Positions 49,695 to 59,909 of a DNA stretch of 64,000 bases are shown here, one piece after another (positions within the stretch are counted from its first letter, which is position 1; every line of letters begins with the position of its first letter). Source of the DNA: Planctomycetota bacterium (GTDB lineage Bacteria; Planctomycetota; Phycisphaerae; SM23-33); the NCBI GenBank assembly GCA_012729725.1, contig JAAYCO010000094.1, positions 557 to 64,556 of the forward strand, given 5' to 3'. The translations under genes were made by a program, and so were the position numbers. Below the pieces are notes generated by a model. It worked only from the letters and a program-made list of their open reading frames with translations, had not been told where the DNA came from and did no database searches.

Positions 49695-51605
49695 ATGAAC
49701 GACGGCGACAACGCGTCCATGGATGCTTGCCACCTGATCAGTGGCGAGATGCCCATCGCACGAAGCATTCTGGATGCACTGCCCGCGCATGTCGCAGTTT
49801 TGGATAGTGCCGGCATCATCATCCTCGTTAATCAGCATTGGGTTCAGTTCGCGGTTGAAAATGATCCTGCCAATTGGGATTTACTACGCGAGGGCGCCGA
49901 CTATCTTGCCGCGTGCCGCAAGGCGGCGGATATGGGCGATTCACTGGCTCGAGAGGCGCTGAGCGGCATTGAAGCGGTTCTTGCAGGCCGAGCCCGGTCA
50001 TTCAGCCAGGAATATCCGTGCCATTCACCTACGACCAAGAGATGGTTCAAGATGGACGTCAATGCCCGAGGCGTTTCCGGCGGGGCGGTGGTAGCTCATC
50101 TTGACATAACACATCGCTACCAGGCCCAACAAGCCCTGCTGCTTAGCCAGGCAAATCTGCGTGAGGCGCAGGATATCGCACGCATGGGCCGATGGGAAAT
50201 TGATCTGGTAACGGATCATCTGGAATGGTCAGACAGCGTCTTCAACATTTTCGAAATAGAGCCGCACAGCTTCGGGGGGTGCTCCAGATCGTTTCTGGAG
50301 CTTGTTCACCCCGAGGATCGCCAGTGGGTCGAGGATGCGTTCCGAGCGTCACTGGACAACAAGGGATCATACAAGATCGAACATCGCATTGTCTTAAAAG
50401 GCGGACGTGTGAAATGGGTGCAGGAAATCGGCAGAAACGAGTTCAGCGACACCGGCAAGCCCGTGCGTTGCGTGGGCATTGTTCAGGACATCACCGAGCG
50501 CAAACTGGCTGAGCAGCAGCTGCGCCAGTCGCGTCAGATGCTGCAGGCGGTGCTCGACACGATTCCTGTTCGTGTCTTCTGGAAGGACAGAAACTCGGTC
50601 TTTCTCGGGTGCAACCAACCCTTCGCCCTGGACGCCGGGCTGTCGAGCCCCGAGCAACTGATAGGCAAGGACGACTGCCAGATGACCTGGCGAGACCAGG
50701 CCGAGAATTACAGACGAGATGATCGCGAGGTCATGGAAAGCGGTGTCGCCAAGGTCAACTATGAAGAACCGCAGACGACTCCCGACGGAAGGCGCATCTG
50801 GCTGAGAACATCCAAGATTCCGCTGATGGATACTGAAGGCAGAATCCAGGGCGTGCTTGGTGTGTACGAGGACATAACCGAACAAAAACGCGCCCAGGAC
50901 GAAATCAAACAATCAGAGGAGAGTCTGCGGCGGTCAAATTACGATCTTGAGCAGTTCGCTTACATAGCCAGCCATGATCTTCAGGAACCACTTCGCATGG
51001 TTATTGCATATATGAACCTGCTGCAAAGCAGATATCAGGGGCGCCTCGATTCACAGGCTGACGAGTACATCGGCTTTGCCGTTGATGGGGCGAATCGCAT
51101 GCATCAGCTCATAAGTGACCTGTTGACCTACTCTCGCGCGACGGCAAGGGGCATGCTGACTGAACGCGTGTCGGTTCAGGCTGTGTTGGACACGGCGATT
51201 GCCAACCTTCAGGTGATGATAGTCGAGTCGTGCGCGAAGATCACTCACGACCCGCTGCCGGAGGTGATGGCGAACAAAACGCAGATCACGCAGCTGCTGA
51301 TGAACCTTCTGAGCAATTCGATCAAGTTTCGCGGGCCCGATCCGCCCCAGATCCATCTAAGCGCTCGCCAGGAGGGCGACAAGTTGGTCTTCAGTGTCCG
51401 CGACAACGGCATCGGGATGGATTCGAGTTCGTTCGAGAAGATTTTCCAGGTGTTCAAGCGGCTGCACGGTCACGATAAGTATCCCGGCAGCGGCATCGGC
51501 CTGGCGATATGCAAGCGGATAGTCGAAAACCATGGCGGCAGCATCTGGCTAGAGTCGCAACGCGGCCACGGGACCACGTTTTTCTTTACGCTTCCGGCGG
51601 CATAG
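49695..51605 (+). CDS. Cytoplasmic sensor histidine kinase with three PAS domains, HisKA and HATPase_c
   Basis: PAS repeats carry conserved W..D cores. IASHDLQEPLRMV is the H-box. The N, G1 and G2 boxes are present (RDNGIGMD, GSGIGLAICKRIV). No TM helices. Confidence 0.8.
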   Translation: MNDGDNASMDACHLISGEMPIARSILDALPAHVAVLDSAGIIILVNQHWVQFAVENDPANWDLLREGADYLAACRKAADMGDSLAREALSGIEAVLAGRARSFSQEYPCHSPTTKRWFKMDVNARGVSGGAVVAHLDITHRYQAQQALLLSQANLREAQDIARMGRWEIDLVTDHLEWSDSVFNIFEIEPHSFGGCSRSFLELVHPEDRQWVEDAFRASLDNKGSYKIEHRIVLKGGRVKWVQEIGRNEFSDTGKPVRCVGIVQDITERKLAEQQLRQSRQMLQAVLDTIPVRVFWKDRNSVFLGCNQPFALDAGLSSPEQLIGKDDCQMTWRDQAENYRRDDREVMESGVAKVNYEEPQTTPDGRRIWLRTSKIPLMDTEGRIQGVLGVYEDITEQKRAQDEIKQSEESLRRSNYDLEQFAYIASHDLQEPLRMVIAYMNLLQSRYQGRLDSQADEYIGFAVDGANRMHQLISDLLTYSRATARGMLTERVSVQAVLDTAIANLQVMIVESCAKITHDPLPEVMANKTQITQLLMNLLSNSIKFRGPDPPQIHLSARQEGDKLVFSVRDNGIGMDSSSFEKIFQVFKRLHGHDKYPGSGIGLAICKRIVENHGGSIWLESQRGHGTTFFFTLPAA

Positions 51606-51613
51606 GCGGCGCG

Positions 51614-52732
51614 TCAGCTCATGCCCCACATCTTTTCTTTAAGATCAAGGTAGTAGAGGTAGTCAGCCGGTTTGACGTTCGGCGGGCATCGGTGATCGCA
51701 GAAGGGGATGTAACCGCCTCGCTGCACGTAGGCGTCGAGGCTGTTGAGGTACTCCCTGATGGCCTCTGGACCGGCGCCGAGCGCCATCTTGTCAACTCCG
51801 CCCATTATGCGAAGCTCCTTGCCGTATTCGTCAAGCAGCCTGCCTGGATGAACGCAGCTGTTCACCTCGTAGGGGAAGAGGCAGTTTATGCCCGCGCTGA
51901 GGAAGCCTTTAAGCAGCGGCCGGACGTCGCCGTCGCAGTCGGTGTACCAGATGTCAATGCCATGGGCGTGCAGTTTCCTGCCGATGCGCTCGTATCGCGG
52001 CACGACGACCTTCTCGAAGAAGTCCAGCGACACGATGGGGCCGTTCTTAAAACAGATGTCCTCCCAGCCGCACGCGTAATCGAAATCAACCTTGCCTAGC
52101 ACCTGATCGAGGACATCCTCCACAATAAGGCAGCATGTTTCGACCATGTCCTCGACCATGTCGGGATAATCGTAAACGGCATAGGCCAGACCTTCGAAGG
52201 TAAGCATGTCGCGGATCTTCCCGATCATCGAACCGCACCAGACCCCCAGGGGCCATGATCGGTCTGTCGGGTTGTCGTTGATTACTTTCTGAATATCCAC
52301 CTTGCGTGCGGGATCGTCCCGCCGCATGCGTTCTTCCTTCACCCGCTTCCAGTCGTCAGGAGTTGTGATTGAAGACTTGAGGAAGTGGGGTATCGAATCG
52401 TGACCGTCCACGGGCACTTCCGCCAGCAGGCCGTCGCAGTTGCGGATTACCTTCTTGGACTCGTTCTGCTCGATGACCTGTTGCTCGAAGCAGGGGTGGA
52501 TCCAGGTCTTGCCGTAGAAGCACCCGATCCTGTCGAACCCGAAGAACACGTCGGCCTGGGCATTGTTCGTAATGCCGTGTTTGACGAAGATGTCCCACTC
52601 GGTGAAGTTCTCATTCCAATAGCCGAACTCCATGTTGAAGCAGCGATCAACCGGAAGATAGTGCATCTGGTTGTGAAAACGCTGACGCGCGGTCATGGCG
52701 GACTTCCAACTGGGGCGGGGCAGGGTGGTCAT
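51614..52732 (-). CDS. Uroporphyrinogen-decarboxylase (URO-D) family protein (methyltransferase/decarboxylase-like TIM barrel)
   Basis: URO-D fold features with a C-terminal IPFCDHRCPPNVKP. Start at internal ATG after a GGAGA SD (MTTLPRP). Confidence 0.65.
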   Translation of the reverse strand: MTTLPRPSWKSAMTARQRFHNQMHYLPVDRCFNMEFGYWNENFTEWDIFVKHGITNNAQADVFFGFDRIGCFYGKTWIHPCFEQQVIEQNESKKVIRNCDGLLAEVPVDGHDSIPHFLKSSITTPDDWKRVKEERMRRDDPARKVDIQKVINDNPTDRSWPLGVWCGSMIGKIRDMLTFEGLAYAVYDYPDMVEDMVETCCLIVEDVLDQVLGKVDFDYACGWEDICFKNGPIVSLDFFEKVVVPRYERIGRKLHAHGIDIWYTDCDGDVRPLLKGFLSAGINCLFPYEVNSCVHPGRLLDEYGKELRIMGGVDKMALGAGPEAIREYLNSLDAYVQRGGYIPFCDHRCPPNVKPADYLYYLDLKEKMWGMS

Positions 52733-52870
52733 GTTTTCTCCGATGTGTACGGAAGTAAGATACTCTTTTCTGGTTACGAATTTCAACGCATCCAATAACT
52801 CCAGTATAACTTGGCCCCTAGAAGAAGGAATGCGCGTGCATTGGAATATCATGTATGATAATAACATGAG

Positions 52871-53665
52871 ATGCTCAAACTAACGTCACAGGACGTTGAA
52901 CCTCGGGTCCGGCTGGCCAACTACATTCGCACCAGTCACGGCAAATCGTCCTGGGGTCCAAGATTTATACCCGACCTTGAGATTCTTCTTATCATCGAGG
53001 GCGTGTTTGAGTTTTCCGCCGAGCAAGAGACATGCGACGTCCGTCCTAATGAAGTGCTTATGATCTGGCCGAATGAACGTCACACTTTTGCGGCAAAATC
53101 CCCAAAACCCCGCGGCCTGATCAGTTGCATACACTGCGAATTGGCGCCAGTGGGGCGTTTGGAGCAAGGCGACTACTCTCCCACGCCGGCGCCCCCGCGA
53201 GTTACTGCTGTCGAGAATAGCCAAGCCATACATGGATTGTTCAAGCAGATGGCGAAGGTCTTTGACGGCTATGCGAGGTTCAGGGAGCAGATTCTCTCGT
53301 CGATGTGCCGAGCGATCTGGCTGACTCTGGCTGGGCAGTGGGGCGCCTCTGCGGCGAATCGCTCGCCTCGCCTGGAGCAGATGCTTGAATACATCCGCAG
53401 CCGCCTGTGCAGTAGCATCACCAGGCAGGACGTTGCCGACCAATTTGCGATGACGCCGGAACACGTCAACTACATCTTTCGCCGAGAGCTTGGCCTTACC
53501 CCAACGCAGTTCATCCATCGCGAGCGGGCAATGAGGGCTTACAAGATGCTGCACGAAGACCACATGAGCATCAAGGAAGTGTCGCGCGCGCTTGGCTTCT
53601 GCGATCCGTTCCACTTCTCGCGAGTGTTCAAGCGTGTGCTGGGGTTTCCACCTCGTCAGGCGTAA
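52871..53665 (+). CDS. AraC/XylS-family regulator (cupin plus HTH), divergent from the URO-D-like gene
   Basis: ITRQDVADQFAMTPEHVNYIFRRELGLTPTQFI...FCDPFHFSRVFKRVLGFPP is the AraC HTH pair. Confidence 0.8.
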   Translation: MLKLTSQDVEPRVRLANYIRTSHGKSSWGPRFIPDLEILLIIEGVFEFSAEQETCDVRPNEVLMIWPNERHTFAAKSPKPRGLISCIHCELAPVGRLEQGDYSPTPAPPRVTAVENSQAIHGLFKQMAKVFDGYARFREQILSSMCRAIWLTLAGQWGASAANRSPRLEQMLEYIRSRLCSSITRQDVADQFAMTPEHVNYIFRRELGLTPTQFIHRERAMRAYKMLHEDHMSIKEVSRALGFCDPFHFSRVFKRVLGFPPRQA

Positions 53666-53673
53666 AAACACAA

Positions 53674-53710
53674 CGGCGAGAGCGCCTTGTGGGCGTTCTC
53701 GCCGTTTGTG
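53674..53710. terminator. Bidirectional intrinsic terminator-like hairpin between convergent genes
   Basis: Stem cggcgagagcgcc / ggcgttctcgccg has 13 bp with 1 mismatch and loop ttgtg. It is flanked by aaaaacacaa upstream and tttgtg downstream. Confidence 0.45.
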
Positions 53711-53731
53711 CTGTCCAGCCTATTCGGGCGA

Positions 53732-55885
53732 CTAGTCTACTGCGCCTGCCTGAAGAATCAAATCCTTGATCTTCTCGCTTGGCAGGTTGAGGATGCCCAA
53801 CAAACGGGCAGCCGCCTGGCGAACATCCGTGTCGCCCGGTTTCATAACCACATCAAGCACAGCCTGTTGCTGGCTTTCTGTAAGCATGTTTGAGAATCTG
53901 CGTGTTGACTCGGATGCATAGTTCAGGGCCGCAACGCGAATGGCGTTGGGGGCCTGAGCGTCCAGTCCAAGACCCGCCACGGCCTGCTGGGCCTCGGCGA
54001 TTTCCATTGCTCCAAGGGCCGCCGCGGCGGCAAGACGAACGGCTTCCCGCTGGTCGCCCAGACGACTGGTCAACGGGCCTACGGTGGCCTTGAGATCGAA
54101 CACTGTGTTCTTCGAAGATGCAAGCATCTCTATAGCATTTGCAGCTTGCACCGCCCAGTCTCCCGCTTCCTGCTCGGTCATGCCAGGTGTCGCTGCTGAG
54201 GAGAACGCGTCCTGTATCGCGGTTTTGATGATGTCGTCGGCGCTGCCGGCAGCCAGAAGCACAACGCCGGTGCGTTCGGCAAGGCGGCGGACATCGTCGC
54301 CTTCATCGGCAAGCAGGATAACCGTCGCGGCTGAGGGCAGCCGGCGAATTGCCGTCAAGCTCTCGCCGGCGTCTTTCTTGCGTGCGAAGACAACTGCATC
54401 GGCATTGGTTGCATCAGCAAGACTGCCTTCGACCAGTTGCCAGCCTCCGGCCCGAACAATGCCTTTGACCTTGTTAACCAGCGTGTCGTCGTCGCCGGTG
54501 ACCATCACCTTGTTGCGGATGCTGAGGTTGATGGCGTCATTAAGCACGGGGATTACGCCTTCCTGGCCTCCAAACCTCTGGGTGGGCAGGGCCTGGGCGA
54601 GCGTGATGGCGGCGAAGAAACGAATCCTTCCGTTCGAGTAGGCCATGGCCTCAACCAGCGGCTGCTTGCCGCCGGCAGTTGGCCGCACCAGATTCGCCGC
54701 GCCCGCAGTCTTGCCCAGCGCATCGATGGCGGCGGTGATGACGGCCAGATCGTTGTCCTTCAGGCCCCGTGCAAGGACATCCTGAAGATAACCGGCGCTG
54801 CTGGCCAGCGAATAGAATTCGGCAGGCATCGCCGTTTCGCCCATGATCGGGTCGGCCGAGCCCTTGGGCAGGCTGGCCTGCCTGCGGATATTGGCGGCAA
54901 GCCACAAAGAAACCGCCGATGCGTTTTTCGGGTCGGCCTTGAGGGCCAGGCGAGCGCAACGCATGGCGTACACATCGCAGAATATGTCGCGGGGAACCGG
55001 AGAGAACGTAAGGCCAAGGCCTTGCTTCCAGAACCACACGTTGCCAACGTCGCCGGCAGGGTTGCTTTGCAGCGACTCGGCGCGATAGTAGTACTTCTCG
55101 GCGAGATCGTAATAGAGGTTTGATACGCTCGGAGTGCTTCTGCCCGCAACTGACAGAAGGGCGGCTTCTATGGCCTGCCTGGTGCGGGGAAGCAGGTCTT
55201 GGCGATCAAGCGCCTCTCTGAGGGCGGGGGCGGCATGCGGATAGCCGATCTGGCCAAGAACCACCGCCACACGCTCGAGCAGCACCAGATCTTCGGTTCG
55301 AAGCGCCTCACACAGCGGCCGGACTGCGTCAAGCTTGAGGTTCGGCAGGAAGGCGATAATGCGGTCCTTCTGCTGCTCGGAGACCTGCTGGCTGGCAAGT
55401 TTCTGCATCAACTGAGGCATGCAGAATTCGCCGCTTTCGACAAGGCGCGCGCTCGAAAGCTCGTAGCCCTTGAGCGTGCCGCCCATAAGCGAGTCGAGTG
55501 CCTCGGCGATAACCTTTGGATCCGACTTTCTGCCGATGTATCCTTTGCCGATGACGGCAAGCACCTGCTGGCCGATGGGGCGGAATACGGCGCTCTTCAT
55601 CGCCCTTTCGATGTCGTTAAGCGAGCCGGGGGTCGTTCGCTGGAATTCAAAAACCTGCTCAGGCGTCGCGGTTGAACTCAGCAGAGCCTGACCATAGCTG
55701 GCTGCAAGTTCAGGTCTTGCGACGTTGATGTAATTGAGCATGTCCTTCCACAAATCTTCGGGAGTTTTTCCCGCTGTTTGCGCCTGGGCGTCGGCGCCCT
55801 GAGCCTGGACGATGGCGGCGGGAATCACCGCAAACGCCAGCGCCGCCGCGAATACTACCAGTCCTGTGTAACCTATACGTAACAT
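53732..55885 (-). CDS. Secreted HEAT/PBS-lyase-like repeat protein, 717 aa, hypothetical
   Basis: LRIGYTGLVVFAAALAFAVIPAAIVQAQ is the signal peptide. Repeated helical hairpins carry the pattern A..L...L.D......VR..A..ALG.IG...A...L. Confidence 0.5.
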   Translation of the reverse strand: MLRIGYTGLVVFAAALAFAVIPAAIVQAQGADAQAQTAGKTPEDLWKDMLNYINVARPELAASYGQALLSSTATPEQVFEFQRTTPGSLNDIERAMKSAVFRPIGQQVLAVIGKGYIGRKSDPKVIAEALDSLMGGTLKGYELSSARLVESGEFCMPQLMQKLASQQVSEQQKDRIIAFLPNLKLDAVRPLCEALRTEDLVLLERVAVVLGQIGYPHAAPALREALDRQDLLPRTRQAIEAALLSVAGRSTPSVSNLYYDLAEKYYYRAESLQSNPAGDVGNVWFWKQGLGLTFSPVPRDIFCDVYAMRCARLALKADPKNASAVSLWLAANIRRQASLPKGSADPIMGETAMPAEFYSLASSAGYLQDVLARGLKDNDLAVITAAIDALGKTAGAANLVRPTAGGKQPLVEAMAYSNGRIRFFAAITLAQALPTQRFGGQEGVIPVLNDAINLSIRNKVMVTGDDDTLVNKVKGIVRAGGWQLVEGSLADATNADAVVFARKKDAGESLTAIRRLPSAATVILLADEGDDVRRLAERTGVVLLAAGSADDIIKTAIQDAFSSAATPGMTEQEAGDWAVQAANAIEMLASSKNTVFDLKATVGPLTSRLGDQREAVRLAAAAALGAMEIAEAQQAVAGLGLDAQAPNAIRVAALNYASESTRRFSNMLTESQQQAVLDVVMKPGDTDVRQAAARLLGILNLPSEKIKDLILQAGAVD

Positions 55886-56125
55886 GCTGTCTCCTCAACT
55901 ACTGCTGCATCTACGTTCCAGACATAATGGCCTGCGCCTACGCGATAAGATGGATTATACAAAAGGCAGTATGTGTAAGCGAAGCGCATCTTGGACACGA
56001 ATTATAGATGGCCCCCGCGCCCTGTCAACATAATAGAAAATCCGACAACTAGCACTACCACCTCGGCCGTTTTGAAGATACAACTGTTCCAAGCGGCAGT
56101 TTATGCGGCAATTCGGAGAACGCCC

Positions 56126-57112
56126 ATGACGGCAAGATGCATCCCGGCGGCAATAGCGGCAATATTGACGTGCCTGCCCTGCGCAATAGCCGACGAACAG
56201 ACAATCGACCAGCTCGAAGCCAGAAGAGATGAGATCCAACGCACTGTTCGCCCGAAAATATGCGCCCGCTTAAGAGAAATCCGCGCCGAAGTGCTTGCTG
56301 AGCCGCAGCTTGCGCAACTTCAAACACAGATCGTCGCCGCAAGAAAAGCCATTTGCCGCACACTGGAGGAGGATGAGGACATCCTGGCTGCGTCAGCCGA
56401 TCTGAAGGCTGCACAGGATCAAATGGCCGCAATTGTGGGCGAGCGTCTTGCAGCAGATCCCGTTGTCGCCGAGCTGAAGCGAAAGGTGACGGCAATAGAA
56501 CAGCAGATCGAGACGCTTGGCCTGGAGCACCGCAAGGCCAACTTCCTGCTCCATGAGGCCCGGAGGCGGGCCTGCGCCGACCCTGCTGTGGTGCGCCTCG
56601 AGGCCCAAGTGGCAAGGGCCAGACAGGTGCTGCTGGACGATTCTCGCAATCCGGCGCTTTATGAGCAACTTCGCCTTGCGGTTCGCATGCATAACGAGGC
56701 GATCTGCAGCGCTGCCGATGCGGCCTCCATGCGGGATCTCTCGAAACAGGTTCTCCAGCAGATGCCCGAAACTCTTGGCGGACTTCGCAAGCAGCTTCGC
56801 CAGTGCCGAGAAGAACTGTATCAAGCCCGCCAAAAAGTCATCCGCGAGCATTCCGACATAGCCCGAATGAGGGACGAATGCGACAGGCTCAGACGCCGAC
56901 TCAGGTCGATTTCATTCGAGCGCACCGCCGATGACCGAAAAAAACTCGGCTCACTTGAGTTTCAGCTATCGTCAGAGCTTGCCGCCAGAATGGCTGAGCA
57001 TCCTGCCGCCGTGGAGCTTCAGCGTCAAAGAACGAGCATCCGCCAGGATCTTGCGGAAATCCGCAGCCAGATTTCCAAACGAAATCAGCAAGGCGCCCCG
57101 CTGGAGCAGTAG
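56126..57112 (+). CDS. Secreted coiled-coil protein, hypothetical
   Basis: MTARCIPAAIAAILTCLPCAIA is a signal-like N-terminus. A long Q/R/E/A-rich heptad-repeat region follows. Start at internal ATG. Confidence 0.4.
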   Translation: MTARCIPAAIAAILTCLPCAIADEQTIDQLEARRDEIQRTVRPKICARLREIRAEVLAEPQLAQLQTQIVAARKAICRTLEEDEDILAASADLKAAQDQMAAIVGERLAADPVVAELKRKVTAIEQQIETLGLEHRKANFLLHEARRRACADPAVVRLEAQVARARQVLLDDSRNPALYEQLRLAVRMHNEAICSAADAASMRDLSKQVLQQMPETLGGLRKQLRQCREELYQARQKVIREHSDIARMRDECDRLRRRLRSISFERTADDRKKLGSLEFQLSSELAARMAEHPAAVELQRQRTSIRQDLAEIRSQISKRNQQGAPLEQ

Positions 57113-57140
57113 TTGATTCAGGCGCCTGCTCTTGTAGGCT

Positions 57141-58550
57141 TTGGAGGTGCGGACTCTGTTGAGGCAAAAGAAACTCAAGTTGTTGCTGTCCTTGGCAACA
57201 CTCCTGGTTGTCGGCGGCTTTGTCTGCAAACAATCCCTTAATCACGTCCAGGTCCGACAGGAAGCGGCGCAAGCTCAGTCGGTTACGCAGAATTACATAC
57301 ATAACTTTGATCCTGAACAATACATGCGTGCCGGAACAGACTTCTTTAACCCAAGATACAGTCCGCTTCGGCTTAACAAACCGCTCGATCAGATCGACAG
57401 AACTTACGATTACCCTTTCCAGCACCTTGAGAAAATCGAGAACAGGCTTAAGCACGTTGATCGTCGAACAGCACTAAAGGGTATTTTTGAGAAAATAACC
57501 TGCGGCGCACAATCCGATCACGAACGTCATCTGGCTGTTCTGAATTTCTTGTACAGGGCGGCCTATCATAATGCCTTTGTTCAGCCAATGTACGAAGACA
57601 AGCAAGCTGTGTTTGATCCGCTGGTGCTTCTTGAGTTGGGCGAAATGCGTTGTGGCGCAGTCGCCAGAGTCGCTGCTGACCTGTTCGATGCTGCAGGCTA
57701 TCGAACCAGGCTGGTGCAAGCCTATGCACATACTACAGCGGAAATTCATTATGATGGAGGGTGGCATCTTTTTGAGGCCGATCTTGCTGGTGGTCCTCCT
57801 GTTTTAAGCGAAGGGCGCATTCCTTCGGTCGAAGAGCTCGCAGAATGCCCTTTTCTCATTGACAGAGTACCTACCCATTTTGAAGGATATGTGGCTCCAC
57901 AGCGCGTAACAGTTCTTCACCAATCCCGCAGAAAACGCATCGATTCCCATATGGCTCCGCAAAAGGCAGATGAAGGAAAATCGCCAATATATCCCTCTTA
58001 CTTTTTCTTCTCCAAGAAAGCTCTCGGTAATACTGAAGCGTCCTATTACTACAAGACCGCTACGCCTGAAGAGGCCGCTAATTCAAAATGGTATGGCTGG
58101 GATTATTACGTAACGACCACCGATCGCTGGAAGCTCACTGATTTTGAGCCAAGGCACGAACCTGACCCGCCCGAGTTCAAAGATGTGAGTGTGCAAGGAG
58201 ACAAGTTCGTACTGGAATGGCTGCCTGCTCGAGATTCAGACCATGACCTTCTTGGCTATCGTGTTTATGTGTCGAGCCAAAGCAGAGGATGGAACTATCA
58301 GGACATTCAAGCACCCGCGAATGTAAAAAAGTACTTTTTGGGCGGCTGGAAGCCCCAGATGTACGACAACTTATTCAAAGAGCCGCCAAGAGACGTGGCT
58401 TTTTTTGAAACACAGTCGACCAGCCTGGAGCTTTCTCTCCCGAATGACGGAACACCAGTTTATGTGACAGTAATGCCATTTGATAAGCATGGTGAGTCGG
58501 TGGGCAGACGTCTTTACAACATGTCCCCCGAGCTAAGACTGTCTCATTGA
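57141..58550 (+). CDS. Membrane-anchored transglutaminase-like (papain-fold Cys-His-Asp) domain protein with a C-terminal FN3-like domain, lower GC
   Basis: An N-terminal TM helix (LKLLLSLATLLVVGGFV) is followed by GEMRCGAVARVAADLFDAAGYRTRLVQAYAHTTAEIHYDGGWHLFEADL. This matches the transglutaminase-like C...H...D core. GC is about 48-50% by eye. Confidence 0.5.
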   Translation: MEVRTLLRQKKLKLLLSLATLLVVGGFVCKQSLNHVQVRQEAAQAQSVTQNYIHNFDPEQYMRAGTDFFNPRYSPLRLNKPLDQIDRTYDYPFQHLEKIENRLKHVDRRTALKGIFEKITCGAQSDHERHLAVLNFLYRAAYHNAFVQPMYEDKQAVFDPLVLLELGEMRCGAVARVAADLFDAAGYRTRLVQAYAHTTAEIHYDGGWHLFEADLAGGPPVLSEGRIPSVEELAECPFLIDRVPTHFEGYVAPQRVTVLHQSRRKRIDSHMAPQKADEGKSPIYPSYFFFSKKALGNTEASYYYKTATPEEAANSKWYGWDYYVTTTDRWKLTDFEPRHEPDPPEFKDVSVQGDKFVLEWLPARDSDHDLLGYRVYVSSQSRGWNYQDIQAPANVKKYFLGGWKPQMYDNLFKEPPRDVAFFETQSTSLELSLPNDGTPVYVTVMPFDKHGESVGRRLYNMSPELRLSH

Positions 58551-58614
58551 ACTGCGGGTAGCCTAAGGTGACGACGTGCCTCACCAGGCCGTGCTTGAAG
58601 ACTGCTGCCGCGAT

Positions 58615-59769
58615 TCAGAACGGGATATCGATTCTTTCGCCCTCGGGCTTCTTGTTGGATTCAGCGGGCTTGATCTTCCCATCTTCGATGAGCTTCTTCA
58701 AAGCCTTGGTGACCCATTCGCCCCGCTTGGTCTGAAGCTCCCGGTCTTCGGATGTCATAAGCCGAAAGGCAAGCCGGTTGGGCAGGGCGATCTCGCCGCG
58801 CGTTCTTAGCACCGCGTCGCCCTTGGTCATGATGAACTGCTTCACCAACTGGCGAAGCTGCTTGTCTTCCTGAAGAGTCCAGTCCGGGCTGAGATTGTCA
58901 TACATGTAAAGGATGGTGTTACGTTCGACGTCTTCGGTTGGAATCTCGGCGGGAAAGCTGAAACTGGGCCATTTTGTCGGGTCGTCAAGGACGTGCGCCA
59001 GAATCAGCGAGCCGATGCCGTAGGCGGCCCTTGTATGCGGCTCTTCGGCCTTGTTGACGTGAAGCGATGCGCTGCGAATAAGCATGGTGGCGATGCGCCC
59101 TTTGGGCCCGGCATGATACAGCGCCGTCATGTCGGCGTAGAATTCCTGCACGTGGAAGTACAGCAGCAGGTGGTTCTGGTAAAGCTCAATAACGTGATTC
59201 AGCGGCAAGCTGATGGATATATAGTTGTGCCCAAGCTCGTGCCAGACAATCGCATCCGCCAGATCGCCGTGGGTCAGGTTGTGCCGCTTCGCCAGCCAGC
59301 CGTCGATCTTGGTGGGGCTGTCCACCATGCCCGGCTTCCAGGTAACGATTACCATTAGCTTGCCCTGGCGGACACCCACCGGCGCCTGTGCGCCAAGCTC
59401 CTCGGTGGGCATGTAATTTGCGGTGAACTGGCGATTCCATATCTTCGCGCCAAAACTGATGTTGGAGGTCTTCTTGCAGTTGGTCCACCATCCGGGACGA
59501 TGCTCCGGGGCTGTTGTTCTGATGTAGACTATATCCTTGCGCTGTTCGGGAGTTAGTTTAGAGCTGAATCTGGGGAACGCCTTCAGGTCGGCCGCAAGAG
59601 GCGCCCAATTGCTGGTGAGGTAATTCTTGATTACCTTTTTGTAGTACTCGTCGCTGTCGGGGGCGCCTGCCGAGGCATCGCCCGCCTGCTGTGCGTGCGC
59701 TGTGCCGAGTGTCCAGAGTGAAAGGACAACAACCGTTACTACCCGCCAATACCCTTTTGTCGCCACCAC
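58615..59769 (-). CDS. Secreted putative zinc metallopeptidase with an HExxH motif
   Basis: VVTVVVLSLWTLGTAHAQ is the signal peptide. AIVWHELGHNYIS is HExxH. No close family recognised. Confidence 0.5.
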   Translation of the reverse strand: MVATKGYWRVVTVVVLSLWTLGTAHAQQAGDASAGAPDSDEYYKKVIKNYLTSNWAPLAADLKAFPRFSSKLTPEQRKDIVYIRTTAPEHRPGWWTNCKKTSNISFGAKIWNRQFTANYMPTEELGAQAPVGVRQGKLMVIVTWKPGMVDSPTKIDGWLAKRHNLTHGDLADAIVWHELGHNYISISLPLNHVIELYQNHLLLYFHVQEFYADMTALYHAGPKGRIATMLIRSASLHVNKAEEPHTRAAYGIGSLILAHVLDDPTKWPSFSFPAEIPTEDVERNTILYMYDNLSPDWTLQEDKQLRQLVKQFIMTKGDAVLRTRGEIALPNRLAFRLMTSEDRELQTKRGEWVTKALKKLIEDGKIKPAESNKKPEGERIDIPF

Positions 59770-59909
59770 TTATCTCCTTTGGCCGATCCAAGACATGTGC
59801 GTCCGAAACAATTAGAGCCTGCTATCTATGGCATGTCAAGCAGTTGTGCAACCGCACATCATCAGTTAAGCTGCCCCGATCTGACAAACGTAATTAGTGA
59901 AGGTGCAAA

